Below are positions 29,003 to 38,471 of a DNA stretch of 64,000 nucleotides, in pieces. Numbering within the stretch: position 1 is the first letter of the stretch; every line of letters starts with the position of its first letter. Both the position numbers and the translations under genes were made by a program. This stretch comes from an uncultured bacterium. GTDB taxonomy: Bacteria > Oederibacteriota > JAAXVQ01 > JAUVAV01. The notes below the pieces were generated by a model. The model worked only from the letters and a program-made list of their open reading frames with translations, was not told the origin of the DNA and ran no database searches. The stretch is from NCBI GenBank assembly GCA_963710755.1, contig CAVQBK010000007.1, positions 32,001 through 96,000 of the forward strand, written 5' to 3'.

Positions 29003-30343
29003 ATGGTGGATTTACTGGATGGCAGAAAAAAACAGGTAGTCGTAAAAGGTCGGGACAGCTTCAACCTGGTCTGTGACAAGCAAAGTCTGGCCGGTTCGGT
29101 CAGCCAGCGGGCCTGTGTGTTCTGCGGCTCACGAGTGGTGCTTTATCCCATCAGTGATGCTCTGCACCTCATTCATGGGCCCGTTGGTTGCGCCGCTTAT
29201 ACTTGGGATATCCGGGGCGCTCTCTCTTCCGGTCCCCAGCTGCACCGGCTGAGTTTTTCCACCGATTTGCAGGAAACGGATGTCATCTACGGAGGGGAGA
29301 AAAAACTGGAAAGCGCTTTGAACGAACTTATCGATACGTATCATCCCAGCGCGGCCTTTGTCTATGCCACCTGCATCGTGGGCCTCATCGGCGACGATGT
29401 GGCGCGCATTTGCCGCCAGGTAAGCCGGGAAAAAAATCTGCCTGTGATCCCCGTGCATTCGGAAGGTTTTAAAGGCACCAAAAAGGACGGCTACAAGGCG
29501 GCTTGCGAAAGTTTGATGATCCTCGTGGGCACCGGCTCCACCGAAGAAATCACGCCGGTTAGCATCAATATTCTGGGCGAATTTAATCTGGCCGGGGAAT
29601 CGTGGATCATTAAGGAATATTACCGGCGTATGGGTGTGGAGGTGGTCTCCATCATGACCGGGGACAGCAGGGTGGCGGAACTCCGCAAAGCCCATGGCGC
29701 GGCTCTGAACGTGGTGCAATGCTCGGGCTCCATGACCAGCTTGGCCAAGATGATGAATGAAAAATATGGCATTCCTTTCATACGTGTCTCTTATTTCGGA
29801 TTGGAAGACACTGCCCAGGCTTTGTATGACGTGGCCGCCCATTTTGACAAATACCCATTGGTTATGGAAAAAACCAAGGTCCTGGTGGCTGCAGAGATCA
29901 ACCGCCTAATCCCGCAGCTCAAGTACTATCGCCAACAACTGCAGGGGCGCAAAGCCGCTATTTATGTGGGCGGTGCGTTTAAACTTTTTTCACTGCTCAA
30001 AGCTCTGCGGCTGCTGGGGATGCAAACTGTGGTGGCCGGGTCTCAGACCGGCAGTGCCGAGGACTATGAACGGCTTAAGGAAAGTTGCGATGAAGGCACC
30101 ATTATTGTCGATGATTCCAATCCTCTGGAATTATCCAAATTTGTAATGGAGAAAAAAGCGGATTTGTTTATCGGCGGGGTTAAGGAACGGCCCATTGCCT
30201 ACAAGCTGGGCATCGGCTTTTGCGACCATAACCATGAGCGCAAGCAAGCTTTAGCGGGATTCGAAGGCATGCTTAATTTCGCCAAAGAAGTTTACGCTTC
30301 GGTCATGAGCCCCGTATGGGACATGATCCGAAGCCGGTATTAG
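29003..30343 (+). CDS. nifE: FeMo-cofactor scaffold NifE
   Basis: SQRACVFCGSR, HGPVGC, QCSGSM, DHNHER. Start placed at ATG 29003 after AGAGG. Confidence 0.96.
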   Translation: MVDLLDGRKKQVVVKGRDSFNLVCDKQSLAGSVSQRACVFCGSRVVLYPISDALHLIHGPVGCAAYTWDIRGALSSGPQLHRLSFSTDLQETDVIYGGEKKLESALNELIDTYHPSAAFVYATCIVGLIGDDVARICRQVSREKNLPVIPVHSEGFKGTKKDGYKAACESLMILVGTGSTEEITPVSINILGEFNLAGESWIIKEYYRRMGVEVVSIMTGDSRVAELRKAHGAALNVVQCSGSMTSLAKMMNEKYGIPFIRVSYFGLEDTAQALYDVAAHFDKYPLVMEKTKVLVAAEINRLIPQLKYYRQQLQGRKAAIYVGGAFKLFSLLKALRLLGMQTVVAGSQTGSAEDYERLKESCDEGTIIVDDSNPLELSKFVMEKKADLFIGGVKERPIAYKLGIGFCDHNHERKQALAGFEGMLNFAKEVYASVMSPVWDMIRSRY

Positions 30344-30519
30344 CATCCGGCGGGCGTTTGTTCGAAAAGTAGGGAACAGGCCACTTGCCCGGCTCATGCT
30401 GGATGCCTGTACCCTGCAAAAAATGGAGTTCATCCCGTTTTTCCCGAAGGCTTGCGATTGACTTTCTTTTATTAACAAGCAGGCAGGGATCAGGGGAAAA
30501 AAATAATCCGGTGAGTGCT

Positions 30520-31887
30520 ATGGAAACGTTGGCGAAGAAAAAAGAGAATTTTACCAGCACCCGCAATGCCTGCAAGCTGTGCGCGCCCTTGGGGGCCAGC
30601 CTGGTTTTTCGGGGCCTGGAAAAATGCATTCCTCTGTTGCATGGCTCTCAAGGCTGCGCCACCTATATCCGGCGGTACATGATCAGCCATTTCAAGGAAC
30701 CCATTGATATTTCTTCTTCCAATTTTTCCGAGCAATCGGCCATTTTTGGCGGTGGCCAAAATTTAAAGCAGGCGCTTGAAAATGTGACCACCCAATACCA
30801 GCCCGATGTGATAGGCATTGCCTCCACCTGTCTGAGTGAAACCATCGGGGATGATGTGCCGGCCATTCTGAAATCTTTCATAGCCGACCATGCAGACCGG
30901 CCTCTGCCGGGGTTGGTTCAGGTGAGTACACCCAGTTACCAAGGCAGCCACCGGCAAGGGTATTATAAGGCCGTTCAAGCCGTGGTGAGGGACCTGACTG
31001 TAGCCGGCGGGCAAAAACAAAACGTGGTGAATGTGATTCCGGGCATGATGTCGCCCGAAGATCTTCGTTATTTGAAAAGCGTTTTCCAGGCCATGGAGCA
31101 AGCGCTGATCCTGCTGCCCGATTATTCGGAAACCCTCGACGGTCCCTCCTGGGATCATTACCAAGCCATTCCAGCGGGAGGCACACCCTTGGAAAAGATC
31201 AAAATCATGAGCGCCTCCAGGGCCACCGTGGAATTGGGCCTGGCTGAGTCCAAAGACAGTGCCGGTGCTTTTCTGGAAAGCGTTTTTGGCGTGCCCCATT
31301 ATCCTTTGGAGTGGCCCGTGGGGGTTAAAGCCAGCGACGTATTTTTTAAAACCCTGGAGCACCTGACCTCCAAACCAATAGCTCCATCCTTCCTGCAGGC
31401 ACGAGGGCGTTTGCTGGACAGTTATGCTGATGCTCATAAGCATACCTTCAATGTCAACACCGTGCTCTACGGGGAAGAGGATTTGGTGGTGGCCATGGCG
31501 GGGTTTGTCAGGGAGTTTGGATTAGTGCCCGTGTGCTGCGCTTCCGGGGAAGCGGGTGCTACCATGGAAGCACGGCTGCGCAAGCTTATCCCTGAGTATG
31601 ACGCCTTGGGCATTAAGACCATGGTCAACGCAGATTTTATAGAAATTGAAGAGTACAGCCGCAGCCGCCAGCCGGCCTTGATGATCGGCAATAGTAAAGG
31701 CTTCAAAACAGCCAAAGCGCTGGGGATTCCCTTGGTGCGGGTGGGATTCCCCATCCATGATCGTATCGGCGGCCAGCGGGTGCTGCATTTGGGTTATGAA
31801 GGCGCCCAACAGCTTTTCGACCGCATTGTCAACACCCTGATCGAACGAAAGCAGGAAGCTTCGGACATTGGGTATACCTATATGTAA
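30520..31887 (+). CDS. nifN: FeMo-cofactor scaffold NifN
   Basis: NACKLCAPLGA, HGSQGCATY, GFPIHDR. Start placed at ATG 30520. Confidence 0.94.
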   Translation: METLAKKKENFTSTRNACKLCAPLGASLVFRGLEKCIPLLHGSQGCATYIRRYMISHFKEPIDISSSNFSEQSAIFGGGQNLKQALENVTTQYQPDVIGIASTCLSETIGDDVPAILKSFIADHADRPLPGLVQVSTPSYQGSHRQGYYKAVQAVVRDLTVAGGQKQNVVNVIPGMMSPEDLRYLKSVFQAMEQALILLPDYSETLDGPSWDHYQAIPAGGTPLEKIKIMSASRATVELGLAESKDSAGAFLESVFGVPHYPLEWPVGVKASDVFFKTLEHLTSKPIAPSFLQARGRLLDSYADAHKHTFNVNTVLYGEEDLVVAMAGFVREFGLVPVCCASGEAGATMEARLRKLIPEYDALGIKTMVNADFIEIEEYSRSRQPALMIGNSKGFKTAKALGIPLVRVGFPIHDRIGGQRVLHLGYEGAQQLFDRIVNTLIERKQEASDIGYTYM

Positions 31888-31911
31888 GAGAATGAAAAGA
31901 GGTGACGGACG

Positions 31912-33195
31912 ATGAGCTTAGAATTGAAAAATCATCCTTGTTTTAATGAAACCGTCAGACACAGTGTGGGCCGGGTACATTTGCCGGTGGCGCCACGTTG
32001 CAATGTACAGTGCAATTTCTGCAACCGTTCTTTTGACTGTGTCAATGAAAGCCGGCCCGGTGTGACCAGCTCCCTGCTTTCTCCGGAGCAGGCGCTGGCC
32101 TATCTGGATTATATGCTGGCAAAAAAACCAAACATTACGGTTGTGGGTATCGCCGGTCCCGGTGATCCCTTTGCCAATCCGGTGGAAACATTGGAGACTT
32201 TAAAACTGGTGCGTGCCCGTTATCCTCAAATGCTGTTGTGTCTGGCCAGCAATGGCTTGAATGTGCCTGATTTTGTGGATGACTTGGCCAAACTGCAGGT
32301 GGCCCATGTAAGTCTGACGGTCAATACCCTGCGGGTGGCCACGGCTGCCAAAATCTATTCCTGGGTGCGTTTCGGCAAAAGGGTTTTCACCCAGGAAGAA
32401 GGCGCTGCCATTTTGCTTAAAAACCAGGAAGAAACCATTAAACGCCTAAAAGCGCATAATATTATTGTGAAAATCAATACGGTGGTAATTGAAGGCATTA
32501 ATGATCAGGAGGTGCCTGAAATTGCAGAACAGATGCATGCCTTGGGCGTGGACATTATGAACCCCATGCCCATGGTGGCCAATCAACTGGCAGCTTTCGG
32601 ACCAGCCCAAGTACCCTCGGCGACGACCATGCAACGTGTGCGTCAGGCCATCAGTGCTGAACTGCCGCTTATGTCGCATTGCGCCCGATGCCGTGCTGAT
32701 GCCGCCGGGCTGATCGGGGAATCCATGACCGCAGAGGAGTTGGAGACCATTAAAACCTTTTCCAAAGGGTCGTCCCTGGAAAAAAAAGGCGGGGACGCTG
32801 TCATTGGCAAGCGCCCTTATGTGGCCGTGGCCAGCAGGGAAGGTGTGCTCATCAATCAGCATTTGGGAGAGGCAGAGCAACTTTTGATTTATGAAAAAAA
32901 CGGTCAGGGCGTGCGGCTGGTTCAAACGCTCAAGACTCCGGCGTCAGGTCTGGGCGATGAGCGGTGGCAGCAATTGGGTGCTCAACTGCGGAAATGCTCC
33001 ACCTTGTTGGTAAGCGGTATCGGGCAGCGGCCCATGGCGGTATTAAAAGAAAGCGGCTTGAATGTCTTGAGGGTGGAAGGGTTGATTGAAGAGATGGTGG
33101 GTCAGCTGTTAAAAGGAAAAGATGTATCCCGACTGCAAATTCCCGCCAAGAAATGCGGCGAAGCCTGCGCGGGAACCGGTATGGGCTGTTGTTGA
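31912..33195 (+). CDS. nifB: Radical SAM NifB with C-terminal NifX-like domain
   Basis: HPC, CNVQCNFC, ESRPG, AGPGDP, CARCRADA, INQHLG. Confidence 0.97.
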   Translation: MSLELKNHPCFNETVRHSVGRVHLPVAPRCNVQCNFCNRSFDCVNESRPGVTSSLLSPEQALAYLDYMLAKKPNITVVGIAGPGDPFANPVETLETLKLVRARYPQMLLCLASNGLNVPDFVDDLAKLQVAHVSLTVNTLRVATAAKIYSWVRFGKRVFTQEEGAAILLKNQEETIKRLKAHNIIVKINTVVIEGINDQEVPEIAEQMHALGVDIMNPMPMVANQLAAFGPAQVPSATTMQRVRQAISAELPLMSHCARCRADAAGLIGESMTAEELETIKTFSKGSSLEKKGGDAVIGKRPYVAVASREGVLINQHLGEAEQLLIYEKNGQGVRLVQTLKTPASGLGDERWQQLGAQLRKCSTLLVSGIGQRPMAVLKESGLNVLRVEGLIEEMVGQLLKGKDVSRLQIPAKKCGEACAGTGMGCC

Positions 33196-33250
33196 CGGGC
33201 GGGCCAGTTCCTGCCCATAAATTGTATTAATTCCAAGAAGGAGATGCACT

Positions 33251-33559
33251 ATGGAAAAGCCGAATAAACACATTTTAGTCTGTGCCAGTTTCCGGGCCGG
33301 CGGGGAACCTCAGGGCGTATGCCATAAAAAAGGTTCGTTGCAGCTGTTGCCCTATTTGGAAGGTGAATTGTCTGACCGGGACATGGAAGGGGTTACTATT
33401 TCCATTACCGGTTGTTTGAAAGCCTGTGACCGTGGACCCATTATGGTGATTCATCCGGACAATACCTGGTATGGGAAAATTGAAAGCGAAGCGGATCTTG
33501 ATCAGATATTGGATGCTTTGGAAGCCGGGACTGTAGCGGAAGAATATGTTTTGAAATAA
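33251..33559 (+). CDS. Thioredoxin-like [2Fe-2S] ferredoxin, nif-associated
   Basis: HILVC...GVC...TGCLKACDRGP...WYG. Confidence 0.88.
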   Translation: MEKPNKHILVCASFRAGGEPQGVCHKKGSLQLLPYLEGELSDRDMEGVTISITGCLKACDRGPIMVIHPDNTWYGKIESEADLDQILDALEAGTVAEEYVLK

Positions 33560-33763
33560 CGCTGAAAACCGGAAGATACAAAAATTAGCTAGTGGCTGTG
33601 GCCGTAAAAGGAGACAATGAAAGGGATCACCATGCGGGGGCATGAAGTTGATGTGATCTGCTTTTATCTGCCTGCGCTTGCGGCCGCTTCTTTGTTTAGC
33701 AGGCATCCTTGCGCTGTGTCATCATACCCAGATTAAATGTGCTCAATATAGAGGGGAGTGGCC

Positions 33764-34216
33764 ATGAACATTGTCATTCAGCCGGCAGTCATTGAAGACC
33801 TGGAAGCCATGAGTGGGTTGTTGGATCAGCTCTTTGCGATTGAGCGCGATTTCAAACCTGATCGGGCCAAACAGAGAAAAGGTTTAGCCATGTTACTTTG
33901 CAATAAAACCAGCGTGCTTTTGGTGGCCCGTTCGGAAGGGACCGTGGTGGGCATGGCGACCATGCAAGAGTTGATTTCCACGGCTGAAGGAGGTCCGGTA
34001 GGCCTGGTGGAGGACGTGGTGGTGGACCAAGCCCGGCGCGGCCAGGGCATTGGACGCCGCTTATTACTGGCGCTGGAACAGGAAGCGCAAGTCCGGGGCT
34101 GGCTGCGGCTGCAGTTGTTGGCGGATTTGAATAATCAACCGGCTCTTGCCTTTTATCGACAACTGAACTGGCAGACTACCCAATTAATCGCTCTGCGCCA
34201 GACCAAGCTGGTTTAA
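33764..34216 (+). CDS. GNAT acetyltransferase
   Basis: VVDQARRGQGIG, N-x2-ALAFY. Confidence 0.88.
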   Translation: MNIVIQPAVIEDLEAMSGLLDQLFAIERDFKPDRAKQRKGLAMLLCNKTSVLLVARSEGTVVGMATMQELISTAEGGPVGLVEDVVVDQARRGQGIGRRLLLALEQEAQVRGWLRLQLLADLNNQPALAFYRQLNWQTTQLIALRQTKLV

Positions 34217-34353
34217 AAGTGGCCGGATGTGGTCCTGGCAGCCTCCCAGTCTCGGGAGTTATAATCTCTGCAGCCCTGGGGCTATGGAACCAAGTAGTGG
34301 CAGCACGGGTCAATTAAGTGATTTTGGATCCAGGTTAAAAGGAGGCTAATAAA

Positions 34354-35250
34354 ATGATGAATATAACTGTCACCACCCCGACCGGAAAGATAGGAAGGGT
34401 CGTTGTTAAAGGGTTGTTGAAGGAAAGCGTTCAGTTAACCTTGGTGGCCAGGTATCCGGAAAAACTCAAACAAGCAACGGAGCAAGGCGCTCGGGTGATT
34501 CAAGGCAGCAGTGATGATCCGGAGGTATTGAAACGGGCCACAAAAAACGCAGATGCTTTTTTCGTATTGACCCCGCCAGATATGGCCATGACAGACATTA
34601 GAGCACACTACCGTCGTTTTGGCGAGGCAGCAGCTCAAGCCATCACAGAGAATAACATTCCTTACGCAGTTCACCTGTCCAGTATTGGCGCGGAACTGGA
34701 GTCAGGCAATGGCCCGGTGGCCGGCTTGCATATCAATGAAGAAATCCTAAGGGCAGCCTGCCCGAATGTTGTTCAACTCCGAGCCGGTTATTTTATGGAA
34801 AACACCCTGGGTCAATTGCAGAGCATTCTTTCTTCATCCAGTTTGTACACCACGTTGCCGCAGGGCACCAAACTTTCTATGGTTGCCACTGAGGATATCG
34901 GCCAAAAAGCGGTGGAACTTTTAAAAAAAATGAATTGGAAGGGCGAAGAAATTGTGGAATTGGTCGGTCCTCACGAAATTAGCTACGAAGAGGTTGCCCG
35001 TATTTTATCCAAAGTGCTGGGCAAAGAAATAAAGCACATCACCATTTCAGAGGAACAATTTATTGAAGCCATGACCAAAATGGGTGCTTCCCGTGTAATA
35101 GCCGAAAGCTTTGCCGAAATGAGCAGGGCTCAGGCTTCACGAAAAATGACGGCTCATCATCCGGAAAAAGGCCGGATTTCTTATGAAACCTTTGCGAAGC
35201 AAGTTTTTAAACCAGCTTTTGAAGCTATGGCGCTGGCCAAAACCAGGTAA
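34354..35250 (+). CDS. NmrA-like NAD(P)H-binding protein
   Basis: TTPTGKIG, LSSIGA, LRAGYFMEN, VATEDIG. Confidence 0.88.
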   Translation: MMNITVTTPTGKIGRVVVKGLLKESVQLTLVARYPEKLKQATEQGARVIQGSSDDPEVLKRATKNADAFFVLTPPDMAMTDIRAHYRRFGEAAAQAITENNIPYAVHLSSIGAELESGNGPVAGLHINEEILRAACPNVVQLRAGYFMENTLGQLQSILSSSSLYTTLPQGTKLSMVATEDIGQKAVELLKKMNWKGEEIVELVGPHEISYEEVARILSKVLGKEIKHITISEEQFIEAMTKMGASRVIAESFAEMSRAQASRKMTAHHPEKGRISYETFAKQVFKPAFEAMALAKTR

Positions 35251-35268
35251 GACTGTCTTTAACAGACA

Positions 35269-36168
35269 TCAACCCCTGTTTTCAGGAGAATCCTGAGAAC
35301 GGGGGTTTTTTATTGCATCGAGTTCCGTCAGCAATGACATGAGGCCGCCCAGCAATAGGTGGGGGGACTGATCCAAGCCTTTGGCATGGGCACCGGTCAA
35401 AGAGACAAGGGTTTTGTTGCCACGCGGCAAGTCAACTAGCTGCCTGGCTACATCAAAGGGAATGACTTCATCTTCAGTGCTGTGTGCGATGACCACGGGA
35501 ATGGACAGGTTGCGCAAGCAGGCGGCGGTATTAAACCGTTCCGTAGTCATCCATCCGGTAGGCAGCCAGGGCACCACCCTGTGGGCGACATAGGCTACGG
35601 AGGGAAAAGCACCTTCCACGATCAGAGCAGCCGGTTGAAAAGTTAACGCCGACCAAGCAGCCAAAGCACTGCCAATGGATTGACCATAGAAGAGAATATG
35701 TTTGGGATCCAGCCTGCGTCTCTGTATCAGGAATTCCCAAACCGCCCGGCAATCCTGGCGCAGCCCCTTTTCAGTGGGCCTGCGGTGGGTGCTTTTTCCA
35801 AAACCCCGATAACTAAAGAGGACCAAATCAAAACCAGCCTCGTGCAGCACTTTTAGGCTTGGTAAAAATTTGGATAAAGTGCCTTCGTTGCCCGGAAAAA
35901 ACACCAAGGTCATGCCGCAGGCTGGTTTTTGACCGCTGGTCAAAGAACGTGGAATCAACCAGAGCTGCAGGCGTACGTGATCCGCTGTTTGAAGGAAAAG
36001 CTCTTCGTAGACCATGCCTAGGTCAGTGGGCAGGCGGCTCATCGCGCGGGAAGGAAAGAAAATAAAAAAACGGTGGAATACAAGATAACCAAGACTGATA
36101 CCCACATAGGTAGCCACCAATGCGAGTGCGACCGATAGCAGAGGATGGGAAGACAACCATGATAGCAT
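35269..36168 (-). CDS. Membrane-anchored alpha/beta hydrolase (ABHD13/17-like)
   Basis: N-terminal TM, YRGFGKS, GQSIG nucleophile elbow, HSTED, C-terminal His. AAGGAGG RBS at ATG 36168. Confidence 0.85.
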   Translation of the reverse strand: MLSWLSSHPLLSVALALVATYVGISLGYLVFHRFFIFFPSRAMSRLPTDLGMVYEELFLQTADHVRLQLWLIPRSLTSGQKPACGMTLVFFPGNEGTLSKFLPSLKVLHEAGFDLVLFSYRGFGKSTHRRPTEKGLRQDCRAVWEFLIQRRRLDPKHILFYGQSIGSALAAWSALTFQPAALIVEGAFPSVAYVAHRVVPWLPTGWMTTERFNTAACLRNLSIPVVIAHSTEDEVIPFDVARQLVDLPRGNKTLVSLTGAHAKGLDQSPHLLLGGLMSLLTELDAIKNPRSQDSPENRG

Positions 36169-36197
36169 GAGGCCTCCTTTGGGTAAGTAGCCCGGAA

Positions 36198-37577
36198 TTA
36201 TTTTAAAAGCCAGGCATAAATACTTTTTAGCCATCCGACACCGATGCGGTAGGGCGGCAACATAAGACGTCTTTTATTGTTGGACCGCTGGACCAGCACC
36301 GCCCGATAATGAGTAAAACAATCAAATCCGGCCCGGCCGTGATATTGGCCCATACCGCTTGCGCCTCGTCCACCCAATGGCAAATAAGGTGTACTGATTT
36401 GATTGATGGTGTCGTTAATGGCCGCTGTGCCCGAGGGCAGGCTTTCCAGCACGGTTCTAGACAACCGTGGATTTGCGGTGAACAGGTAAAGCGCCAGGGG
36501 TATGGGTTTCGACTTGAGGTCTGCAAGCAATTGGCCCAGGTCATGATAGGGCACGATGGGCAGGATGGGTCCGAATATCTCCTCTTTCAATAGCCGGCTA
36601 TCAGGGTGAATATTGGTCATGATCGTGGGTGCCAGGTAATTATCCAGCTCATCCCACTGTCCGCCCCACAGGATATTGCCTTCCTGCAAAAAAGCACGCA
36701 GCCGCGTCAGATGCTGCCGGTTGATGATGCGGCTGTAATCCGCACTGGCCTTGGGCTCAGGGCCGTAAAATCGGGTGATGGCTTTAATCAGCTCCTGCTC
36801 CAGAGTGTTCTGGAATTGTGCGGGTACATAAACCATGTCCGGGGCAACGCAAGTTTGACCGGCATTTAAAAACTTGCCCCATACGATGCGTAGGGCGGCA
36901 GAGGGCAAATGGGCGTCGTCCATGAGGAGGCAGGGATTTTTCCCTCCCAATTCCAGAGTTACCGGAATAAGCTGCCGGGCTGCGGCGGCCATGACCAGCC
37001 TGCCTATGTGCGTGCTGCCGGTGAAAAAAATATGATCCCAGTGCTGTTCGAGCAGGGCTTCTGCGGTTTTAGCGTCACCCAGTTGAACATGGCAAACAGT
37101 GTCGGGAAGACAGTCAGCCAGCATGGTCTTCAACCTATTACCGCTCTGTGGCGCCATTTCAGAAGGCTTGACAACAACGCTATTGCCGGCCGCCAAAGCA
37201 CTAATTAAAGGTGTGAGCGTAAGCCCCAAGGGATAATTCCAAGGGCTGATTATGAGCACCACCCCTTTGGGCTCGGGAATTACCAGGCTGTGACCGGGGA
37301 AAAGCATAGGGGGCGTGTGTTTTTTTTGCGGTCTCATCCAACGACCAAGATGGTCCAAGGCATAACTCAGCTCGCGATGCACCAACCCCAATTCCGAGGT
37401 ATAAGCTTCCACTGCATTTTTTCCCAAGTCCTGACGCAACGCCGAGAGCAGGGCCTGTTCATGGGTGAACAGGCCCTGGCGCAAGCTGAGCAGTTGCCGG
37501 CGCCGAAATCCATAGGTGCGGGTTTGGCCATTGGCCATAAAGGCTTTCTGATTTTTTACCACATCATCAATGAACAT
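36198..37577 (-). CDS. aldH: Aldehyde dehydrogenase (ALDH3 family; probable diapocarotenoid aldehyde dehydrogenase AldH/CrtNc)
   Basis: PWNYP, FTGS, LELGGK, NAGQTC, EEIFGP. The carotenoid role is inferred from neighbourhood. Confidence 0.8.
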   Translation of the reverse strand: MFIDDVVKNQKAFMANGQTRTYGFRRRQLLSLRQGLFTHEQALLSALRQDLGKNAVEAYTSELGLVHRELSYALDHLGRWMRPQKKHTPPMLFPGHSLVIPEPKGVVLIISPWNYPLGLTLTPLISALAAGNSVVVKPSEMAPQSGNRLKTMLADCLPDTVCHVQLGDAKTAEALLEQHWDHIFFTGSTHIGRLVMAAAARQLIPVTLELGGKNPCLLMDDAHLPSAALRIVWGKFLNAGQTCVAPDMVYVPAQFQNTLEQELIKAITRFYGPEPKASADYSRIINRQHLTRLRAFLQEGNILWGGQWDELDNYLAPTIMTNIHPDSRLLKEEIFGPILPIVPYHDLGQLLADLKSKPIPLALYLFTANPRLSRTVLESLPSGTAAINDTINQISTPYLPLGGRGASGMGQYHGRAGFDCFTHYRAVLVQRSNNKRRLMLPPYRIGVGWLKSIYAWLLK

Positions 37578-37586
37578 GGTTATTAT

Positions 37587-37604
37587 TTATCACATTTATG
37601 ATAA
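37587..37604. promoter_or_regulatory. Palindromic operator candidate in the divergent aldH / TPR-crtP gap
   Basis: TTATCA-N6-TGATAA perfect dyad. Confidence 0.4.
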
Positions 37605-37662
37605 TATTGCACTGGTCATTTCTGCAGCGGCACAGGCTGTGATCCGAAAGGAGCTGTCGAGC

Positions 37663-38448
37663 ATGCTGAAACCAGTCATAATATTTTTATTATTGGCGGG
37701 GTGGAGTTGGCCTGCGCGAGGGGGACCTCCATCGGAAGAAACCATTGTGAACCAAGGCATCAGGCAGTTGCAGCAGGCTATCAACCATTGGCAGGCCGAC
37801 GCCTTTGATCAGGCGGCAAAGCTGTTCAATGAAGCTGCGAGCACCTCTGATCAGGACAGCCGCGTTTATTATTGGCTGGGGGTGACCTATTATTATAAGG
37901 CGTCCTACTACCTTTACGCGCGGCCGCAAGACCGGGTTGAAGCCGAAGGCAAACAGGCTGTTAACCTGGGCATAGAAGCTTTGAAAAAAGCCGTTCACTT
38001 GGCGCCCGACGAATCAGAAACCCATGCCTTGCTGGGCGTGCTCCAGGGCATGATGATCCAAATGAATCCCTGGTCAGCCCTAAGCGCCGGTCCGCAAGTG
38101 GAACAGCACCGCAAGCAAGCCTTGCACCTTAATCCCGACAATCCCAGAGTGCATTATTTAACCGGCCTAAGTTTGTACATGACTCCTCAGCTGTTCGGCG
38201 GCAGCCGTGATCTCGCACTTCAGCATTTATTGACTGCTCAGACTTTATTCGAAAAAGAACGGACAAATTCTCCCGAACCGCTGGAACCGCGCTGGGGTTA
38301 TGATATGGACCTGGCCTTTATTGGTGAAATTTATTATAAGCAAAATCAAATTAAAGAAGCCTACCGTTATTACCAAAAAGCCTTACTGGTGAATCCTCAC
38401 AATTTAAAAGCCTTACAAGGGCTGGAGCAACTTCACTTCGAAAAATAA
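37663..38448 (+). CDS. Exported TPR protein
   Basis: AAGGAG RBS, signal peptide, TPR motifs (YWLG, ALHLNPDNPR, ALLVNP). Confidence 0.8.
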   Translation: MLKPVIIFLLLAGWSWPARGGPPSEETIVNQGIRQLQQAINHWQADAFDQAAKLFNEAASTSDQDSRVYYWLGVTYYYKASYYLYARPQDRVEAEGKQAVNLGIEALKKAVHLAPDESETHALLGVLQGMMIQMNPWSALSAGPQVEQHRKQALHLNPDNPRVHYLTGLSLYMTPQLFGGSRDLALQHLLTAQTLFEKERTNSPEPLEPRWGYDMDLAFIGEIYYKQNQIKEAYRYYQKALLVNPHNLKALQGLEQLHFEK

Positions 38449-38471
38449 TGTGGTACGAAAAGGAGACGGCC

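Noticed and set aside
33617-33736. 39-aa ORF between the ferredoxin and GNAT genes
   Set aside because: The SD is only 3 nt from the ATG and the peptide has no motif; insufficient support.
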